NCBI GenBank assembly: GCA_965203175.1
Contig: OZ241867.1
Location: 5,696,001 to 5,760,000, forward strand
Source of the DNA: Candidatus Latescibacterota bacterium
GTDB lineage: Bacteria; Latescibacterota; UBA2968; UBA8231
Direction: 5' to 3'
Length of the DNA: 64,000 bases
In this document: in pieces, positions 57,773 to 64,000 of the stretch
How the letters are laid out: each line of letters opens with the position of its first letter
Numbering within the stretch: the first letter of the stretch is position 1
Notes under the pieces: model-generated
The model's input: only the letters and a program-made list of their open reading frames with translations
What the model was told of the DNA's origin: nothing
The model's database searches: none
Program-made: the position numbers and the translations under genes

Positions 57773-59683
57773 TCAGAATACGAAAATCATATTGCCCTCT
57801 ACCCCGAATGCTCCGTCGATAAAGACCCAGAGTGCAGAAGCGGAGAACTCGCCCAGCGCTAGGCCCAAAAAGAAGGGTCTCATCGTCCGATAGAGCCGCA
57901 CCCCACCGTAGCGCAGGATCGCCGCCTTGCACAACCAAGCCAGCAGGATAGACAACCAGCCGAAGGTGATGATCGGGTGGGTGTTGGACACTGGGAAACC
58001 GATGGGGTGCAAGGGCCAGGCCAAAAAGCGCTGGCGCAGGTACAGTAGCGCGCCCATGACGCCAGCCCCTAGGGTAATAAAGGTCAGCCTCGGTGCAAAA
58101 CTCGCCTCGGGCGCATTGGCCAGTGAAGCCATGTGATTGAAGGGCCAGCGCACCACGCCGCGAAAGTACCAGCCGTGCAGATTAATACCGCCGTGAGTGT
58201 AGGCCAAGCTCATGGTGTACCAGATCGAACCGGCTAGGGCTATCATTAGAGCGATCAGCAGCGCCCAAGGCAGGTGGCGTAGGTGCCGCTCTTGGCCAGA
58301 GCTCAGGCGCAAGCTATGCATCACTGAATTCATCATATTGGCCGCAGTATCTCCCAACCACACCGTACTCAACCCCAAGCCGGTCATGTTCTGCAGGCCC
58401 AGCACTTGAGGACCAAAGCCGCGGATCATAAAAGCTTGGGGTACCATCGGTGTCTGGATACTGGGCAGACCAGCCTCGCAGGTTATACGCGCTAGGCCGA
58501 TAAACACAACTAAGGCACCAACGACTAGCAGGATGGCTACATACACATCGAGCCCCGTGCTTATGAGCCAAACCGACATGAAGAGTACCCCCCCTGCGAA
58601 ACCGCACACTGCCGCTCGCGGGCCGAGCAATTCCCGGCGGGTCGATTCCTCGCGGCCTAAGGCTTGACGCCAAAAACTGCCCAGATGCTGGCGCGCATTC
58701 CACAATACAAATACAACCAGCACTAACATAGCGCCCGACATCTGCAGTGAAAGGGGCGGGCTTGCTCCACCGGAAGTCCACATATCCCCGCCGCTGAGCT
58801 GTACGCCGATGCGAGCAAAGGCGCTTTGTTCGAGCAGCCCCACCAGGCAGAAGAACCACAGGCTGAAGGAGACGCCCAGCGGCATGAGGTAAGACAAACC
58901 GAGCACGGGAAAATTGAGCAGGAAAGGCACGCTCATCCGACCGTCGAGCAAGGGTATCCTGCCTTTTACGGCGAGCGGCTGAAAGGCGTCGTGGTAGTTG
59001 TGCAACGAATTCCACGAGTGCAACAATAGAGGTAGCAAAATCCCCAGCCACAGCAAGCGGCTTTTGAAGAAGCGACCGACGCGCCGTTCTGCGCTCTCGG
59101 CATCCTCGATCATTGCCAGGGGTAACTGGGTCAGCGGAAAGACCAGTCGCTCCCGGTCTATCCACTGGCCGCGCAGCATAATGCCTAGACAGAACATAAC
59201 CACCGAAAAGGCTATCATAAAAGAAGTCCACGCCGCCAGTGATATGATCCAAGCGGACCAGGGAATCGGAGCGCCTGGAGGCAGCCCCTCGAAAAACAAG
59301 TGTACTGCTTGGGGGTCTTGGGGAGTGACCCAAGGATCGAGGTGGGGAATAAAAAGATTGGCCCAATTGTTTTCGGGCGTGGCGTAGTAGTAGATCCCGG
59401 AAATGATGGACATGAAACCGCCAGTAAAGCCGGTAGTGACCACGGCTCCGGCTACCAGCATCATGGCGTAAATGAGGATCAGATCGGCGCGGGTGAAAGC
59501 GAGATGGCGGCTCAGGGATTTGAGCAGGGGCGAGACCAGTGCTGTCAGCACAAAGAAGAACAGCACGGCGATGACGGGGATGGCATTGCCGGTCAGGAGC
59601 GAACCTTTGACGATGAGCACGGCCCACGGGCTTATCAGGCTTATAGCCGCGACCAGCACCACACCGATCAAGAGGGCGCGCAT
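57773..59683 (-). CDS. DUF6785/DUF6784-type polytopic membrane protein, copy 3
   Basis: YYATPENNW, QWIDRERLVFPL, WPLHPIG and RYGGVRLYR motifs; GAGGAG RBS. Confidence 0.78.
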   Translation of the reverse strand: MRALLIGVVLVAAISLISPWAVLIVKGSLLTGNAIPVIAVLFFFVLTALVSPLLKSLSRHLAFTRADLILIYAMMLVAGAVVTTGFTGGFMSIISGIYYYATPENNWANLFIPHLDPWVTPQDPQAVHLFFEGLPPGAPIPWSAWIISLAAWTSFMIAFSVVMFCLGIMLRGQWIDRERLVFPLTQLPLAMIEDAESAERRVGRFFKSRLLWLGILLPLLLHSWNSLHNYHDAFQPLAVKGRIPLLDGRMSVPFLLNFPVLGLSYLMPLGVSFSLWFFCLVGLLEQSAFARIGVQLSGGDMWTSGGASPPLSLQMSGAMLVLVVFVLWNARQHLGSFWRQALGREESTRRELLGPRAAVCGFAGGVLFMSVWLISTGLDVYVAILLVVGALVVFIGLARITCEAGLPSIQTPMVPQAFMIRGFGPQVLGLQNMTGLGLSTVWLGDTAANMMNSVMHSLRLSSGQERHLRHLPWALLIALMIALAGSIWYTMSLAYTHGGINLHGWYFRGVVRWPFNHMASLANAPEASFAPRLTFITLGAGVMGALLYLRQRFLAWPLHPIGFPVSNTHPIITFGWLSILLAWLCKAAILRYGGVRLYRTMRPFFLGLALGEFSASALWVFIDGAFGVEGNMIFVF

Positions 59684-59714
59684 TCGGCTTGCTCCTCACA
59701 CCCCGTCGCAACCA

Positions 59715-59751
59715 AAGAAGGGAGGGCAGGTACTCCCCGCCCTCCCTTCTT
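59715..59751 (-). terminator. Intergenic stem-loop (partial terminator or mRNA stabiliser)
   Basis: 13-bp stem aagaagggagggc/gccctcccttctt, downstream of the 59779 gene. Confidence 0.6.
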
Positions 59752-59778
59752 GGCACAAAAGAAAAACGACCTAATGGC

Positions 59779-60696
59779 TTACAGACCTTCCCCTATCAGG
59801 CCTTTCACCTGACCCCAAGAAGTAACTTCAACCGCGGTGTCCACGTCTTCTGTCGGCGTCATGAAGACATCGGGGATGCCTCCGGTGTTGGCGAACTGAT
59901 CGCCCATGCTCACATACGCCTGCCACCAGAAACCATTCTCGCAGCATTCCTCAGACAATGGATCGTTGCCGTTGGCGTTGAGGCCCTCGTCGGCATCGTC
60001 GAGGGAAATGCCCATGCCGATGGTCGATTCAGGCGTCAGAATCCATTCCGTGCTGGCGTCGGGCCCGCCGCTGATCGACAGCGGATCGAAGAATAGGAGA
60101 CTGAACTCGTAAAAGTACTCGTTACCCACGTTGGCGTTGACGTTCTGGACGAAATCGCCCGAATGCGTCCACCAGAAATTGAGCGCGTCCTGCTCAAAGT
60201 TGCCCAGCGCTCCATTGTACATCTGCACCCGGGGGAACTGCTCGGACATACTCAAGCAGATCTGATAGGCCGGCTGTAGGTCCTGGTCGTTGGGTGCCGA
60301 GTAGGGACCGCCGCCTTGATTGTCTGGATCGAAGTGAATCTCGCAATTGTCGTCGCGGAAGGTGCAACCGGGGTTTTTGTCCACAATCAGATAATCGTCA
60401 ACCACGTGGACCATGCCGTACACCCGATTCTGCCCTTCGTTCCAGCCGAGCAGAATGTCTATGAAGTGGTCGTCGGCGTCATCTACTCCGCCGGTCAGGA
60501 TGAACATATCGGTACTAGTTATCTCAAAGCTCGGATCCACCCACGCCCAATCATCGCGTTCTCCGTCGATGGTGGGCAGGATGTTGTCGGGAATGCCCAC
60601 GGCAAAATAGAGCGGCACTTCGACTGGATCTTGGGCGAAAGAGGAAGTCGCAACGAGAGGCAACAAAAAGGCAACCAGTAACAGCGAGCGTCGCAT
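59779..60696 (-). CDS. Secreted acidic protein with CBM9/DOMON-like domain and C-terminal TAVEVTSWGQVK motif
   Basis: Signal peptide from ATG 60696; PTIDGERDDW, VVDD, DNCEIHFDPDN and YEFSL motifs. Confidence 0.7.
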   Translation of the reverse strand: MRRSLLLVAFLLPLVATSSFAQDPVEVPLYFAVGIPDNILPTIDGERDDWAWVDPSFEITSTDMFILTGGVDDADDHFIDILLGWNEGQNRVYGMVHVVDDYLIVDKNPGCTFRDDNCEIHFDPDNQGGGPYSAPNDQDLQPAYQICLSMSEQFPRVQMYNGALGNFEQDALNFWWTHSGDFVQNVNANVGNEYFYEFSLLFFDPLSISGGPDASTEWILTPESTIGMGISLDDADEGLNANGNDPLSEECCENGFWWQAYVSMGDQFANTGGIPDVFMTPTEDVDTAVEVTSWGQVKGLIGEGL

Positions 60697-60886
60697 ATAA
60701 AAGGCTCCTTTTGAAGGGTGAGGCAAGCCCTTGGATGGGACTCGCACAACGGAAAAACTAGTGAGAGCCGCTACCTCCTTTCGAGCTCCTTGCGGAATTG
60801 AAGAATGGTGGCTAAATGGATGCTCTCCTTAAATAATTAAAATCCAACCTCATAACAAGCTAATTCTGCTCTTGTTATGGGCATGT

Positions 60887-63800
60887 TTATGGTGGAGACC
60901 CAGTCAGTTCCTCGTAGATCGCTAACTGTTGCCGCGCTTCGGCAATTTTCCCCTGCTGCATGTAGAGTGCACCTAGACTGGAGTACGCCTGAGCGTATTT
61001 GGGATCAATCGCAATCGCTTTTTTATACGTTTGGATGGCCCGCTGAGGCAAGTTGATGGCCAGATAGGCATAGCCGAGGTTGTTGTACGCTCGCACATAG
61101 CTCGAATCGGCCTGTAGCAAGGCGCTGAAAACCTGGATGGCTTGGTGTGGACGCTGCTGGCGCAGATAGATATTGCCCAAATTGTTCTGGGCGTCGATAT
61201 GGCTGGGATCGATCTTCAAAACGGCCAGATACGCTTGGCGAGCCGCTTCGTAGCGCCCGATGCGCCCATACACCTTTCCCAGCCCGAAGCACGCTGCGGC
61301 ATCGCTGGGATTGAGCACGATAGCCGTTTTCAAGTCCAGTAATTCCCGGTAGTTATTCTGCAAAAGCTCGAAGTAGTGCAGCACGGCACGGCCCCTATCA
61401 CTTAGACCGGTGCGCAAATAGGCCTGCCCTAAGCTGTAATAGGCTTCTGCGTGATCTGGATCTTCGCGGATGGCCCGCTCGAGGTATTCACTAGCCTGAA
61501 CGGGATTTCTCGCATCGAGCAGCAAGACCCCCAATCGCGCCAGCAGGGCACTCGCGTCGGGATGAGCCGCTAGGGCTTGCTGCAAAAGTTGCTGGGCCTC
61601 TTCCCTCTTCTCCTGGGCCATGTACATCCGCGCGATAAAGTCATAGGCTTGGTGGCGTTGGGGATCCAAGCGGATAACTTGTTGGAATTGCTCCACTGCT
61701 GCCGCATGGCGGCCTTGGACAGAGTAATTCCACCCTAGGCGAAACTTGAGTTCGGCGCTGCCGGGCAGCGCGGCAACGCCCCGCGTCAGGATCTGAATGG
61801 CCGTGCTGTATTCTGTTTGGCGGGCATAGACGCCAGCCAAATTGATGTAGGCCTGCTCGTAGTCGGACCGACGCTCGATAGCCTGCTGGTAGTGCGAGAT
61901 AGCCTGTTGGTACGAGCCTTGGCTGGCGTAAAAATTTCCCAAGTAGTAGTGGGCGATGGCTTCGTCCCCTAGGGCCAGCGCCTGCTGAAGCGCCGCCAGC
62001 GCCTTAGTTCGATCGCCCTGATCGCCGTAGAGTTTTCCTAGTCCGGTATAAGCCTGGGCATGGGAGGAATCGAGGGCGACGACTCTTTGGAAATGAACCT
62101 CTGCCTCCTTATAGCGTCGCAGTCGGTACAGGGCTTCGGCCAAGCGGAAGTGGGCGTCTGGATCTCGGGGTTTGCTGGCGACTGCTTCGGTCAGCACATC
62201 GACTGCATCGCCAGACGCGCGGTCTGCGCCATCGGGCGGGGCAAAGCGACCGGCGTCGATCAAGACGGGTGGGGCTTCCCGCCAGAACCGCTCTAGTTCA
62301 AATGCGGACGGTGCCGAGTGTTGTCCTGCTTGGATCGTTCTTTTGTGGATGCTATCCCCGTGGGGTGTGCGATCTGCGACCGGCTCTGTTGGCTCCAAAA
62401 TATCCAGTAGCTGGTCGGCCTCCACGGCTTTTAATTGCTGGCGGATGCCGGAGGGCCAAGCGATGTCTATCCGGTCGGCCCGGTCGTATGCACCCAGTCC
62501 AAAGAAGAGACGGGGATCGCTCTGCGATAGATAGCTAAAACTGCCGCGGGTTTGCAGCGTTTGTTCGCGGTCTCCCGTCCGCACGGTAACCCGAGAGCCC
62601 AAGCCGTCCCGGTTGCTGCGAGTGCCGACCAAGCGCAGGGCCAGCCAGTGGTTTGCCGACGCCGTATCGTTGCGCAGCAGTACGGCGGATTGGTTGCTGT
62701 TGACTACGAAGAGATCGCCGTCGCCATCGTTGTCGTAATCCGCCGTGGCCGCGCCGCGCCCCACCATGGCTCGCTGAAAAAAAGGACCGGCTTGCTCGGA
62801 GATTTCGGCGAAGCGCCCCTGGCCGTCGTTGAGGAAAAGCTGGTCGCGCTGGCCATGCGAAACCTGGGGGTCGAAAGCGGCGATATTGTCGTCGATGTGG
62901 CCGTTGGCCACGTAGAGATCCGGGTCGCCGTCGCGGTCGAAATCGAAGAAGTTGACCGCGAAAGCCAAGCGGTCGAAGCTGGGTGCCCCCAATCCCGAAG
63001 CGGTGGACCGATCGCGCAATAATCCATCTCCCCTACTTTGGTAGAGGGTATTGCTCTCCCACTGAAAATTGGTCACCACAATCTCTAAGTGGCCATCTCC
63101 GTCTGTATCGGCAATGTCGGTGCCCATGCCCCCTTCGGGCTTGCCCGCTTCGTTGTAGGCCGCGCCGGCCGCCAAGCCGATTTCGCTAAAAGAGCCGTTC
63201 CCTTCGTTGCGGTAGAGAAAATTAGGCGTGGCGTCGTTGGCCTGGAACAGATCGGGATCGCCATCGCCATCCCAGTCGAAAAAGACGACACCCAATTCGC
63301 GTCCTTCGAGGCTGAAAAGCCCCGCTTCTTCGGTGATATCGACGAAGCGACCTTCGCCCTCATTGCGATAGAGAAAGTCGCGCTGACCGGGGTATTCAGT
63401 GGGGGCGTAGTGACGTCTGTCTTTCTTCAGGCGACCGTTTTCATCGAGAGGATCGGTTTCGAACTGGTAGTCGAGATAGTTGGCCACGTAGAGATCCAAG
63501 TCGCCGTCTAAGTCGTAATCGGCGAAAGCCGAGCCTGTGGACCAGCTGCGGTCGCTATCCGGGATGGCCGCAGCCGTCACATCGGTGAAGCGAACGCCTT
63601 CGTTGCGGTAGAGCACGTTGGTGCCAAAATTGGCGACAAAGAGATCAGCATCTCCATCGTTGTCGTAATCACCCGCGCTACAGCCCATGCCGTAACTGGT
63701 ATCGGCGACCCCGGCCACCGTTTCAACGAAGCGTCCGTCTGTTCGGTTGCGGTAGAGCGCGTTGCGGGGCGGCTGGGGCGACACGTGACCGGGCAGGTCG

Positions 63801-64000
63801 GCCCCGTTGACGACGTAGAGATCCATGTGCCCGTCGCCATTGTAATCAAAAAAAGCAGCTCCCGAGCCGAGGGCTTCCACCCCGTATTTCCGACCTGAAA
63901 GACCGCTGGTATGCTTAAAGTGGATACCAGCGGCCGAGGTGACATCGGCGAAGTGGACCACCGGCGACGACCGCTCTTGCAGGCGCAGGGGCGGATCGGC
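60887..64000 (-). CDS. FG-GAP/ASPIC-UnbV protein with C-terminal TPR array (5' end outside the window), paralog of 52374-55457
   Basis: Frame is open to the window end; shares HTSG.SGRKYGVE, APTEYPG and FWREAP with the 52374 gene. Confidence 0.9.
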   Translation of the reverse strand, partial: ADPPLRLQERSSPVVHFADVTSAAGIHFKHTSGLSGRKYGVEALGSGAAFFDYNGDGHMDLYVVNGADLPGHVSPQPPRNALYRNRTDGRFVETVAGVADTSYGMGCSAGDYDNDGDADLFVANFGTNVLYRNEGVRFTDVTAAAIPDSDRSWSTGSAFADYDLDGDLDLYVANYLDYQFETDPLDENGRLKKDRRHYAPTEYPGQRDFLYRNEGEGRFVDITEEAGLFSLEGRELGVVFFDWDGDGDPDLFQANDATPNFLYRNEGNGSFSEIGLAAGAAYNEAGKPEGGMGTDIADTDGDGHLEIVVTNFQWESNTLYQSRGDGLLRDRSTASGLGAPSFDRLAFAVNFFDFDRDGDPDLYVANGHIDDNIAAFDPQVSHGQRDQLFLNDGQGRFAEISEQAGPFFQRAMVGRGAATADYDNDGDGDLFVVNSNQSAVLLRNDTASANHWLALRLVGTRSNRDGLGSRVTVRTGDREQTLQTRGSFSYLSQSDPRLFFGLGAYDRADRIDIAWPSGIRQQLKAVEADQLLDILEPTEPVADRTPHGDSIHKRTIQAGQHSAPSAFELERFWREAPPVLIDAGRFAPPDGADRASGDAVDVLTEAVASKPRDPDAHFRLAEALYRLRRYKEAEVHFQRVVALDSSHAQAYTGLGKLYGDQGDRTKALAALQQALALGDEAIAHYYLGNFYASQGSYQQAISHYQQAIERRSDYEQAYINLAGVYARQTEYSTAIQILTRGVAALPGSAELKFRLGWNYSVQGRHAAAVEQFQQVIRLDPQRHQAYDFIARMYMAQEKREEAQQLLQQALAAHPDASALLARLGVLLLDARNPVQASEYLERAIREDPDHAEAYYSLGQAYLRTGLSDRGRAVLHYFELLQNNYRELLDLKTAIVLNPSDAAACFGLGKVYGRIGRYEAARQAYLAVLKIDPSHIDAQNNLGNIYLRQQRPHQAIQVFSALLQADSSYVRAYNNLGYAYLAINLPQRAIQTYKKAIAIDPKYAQAYSSLGALYMQQGKIAEARQQLAIYEELTGSPP

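Overview
GC-rich, gene-dense bacterial window with about 44 CDSs; I saw no rRNA, tRNA, CRISPR array or transposase. It holds six ASPIC/UnbV (CRTAC1-like) FG-GAP proteins, many TPR proteins, three DUF6785/DUF6784-type membrane proteins, an FlgD-Ig protein, a protein ending in a TAVE..SWG.VK motif and an LRR-metalloprotease. This content suggests a Latescibacterota-like, possibly sponge-associated organism (inference only). Main blocks: secreted and envelope genes (1-16 kb); a glycoside uptake and catabolism region with a family-5 ABC transporter, aldo/keto reductases, a Gfo/Idh/MocA enzyme and GH116 (16-30.5 kb); and repeated CRTAC1/TPR/parvulin/membrane-protein loci (30.5-64 kb). Best leads: (1) a eukaryote-type alkyl-DHAP synthase originally overlapping a DHRS7B/PexRAP-like SDR, a candidate bacterial ether-lipid module; (2) a foreign high-GC gene inserted at their junction between 173-bp direct repeats whose four differences are all silent in one of the two genes; (3) a recurring, uncharacterised CRTAC1-TPR-PPIase-membrane protein system; (4) a heptamer-repeat palindrome whose ends are the stop codons of both flanking genes. 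All family calls come from motif recognition, without database searches.
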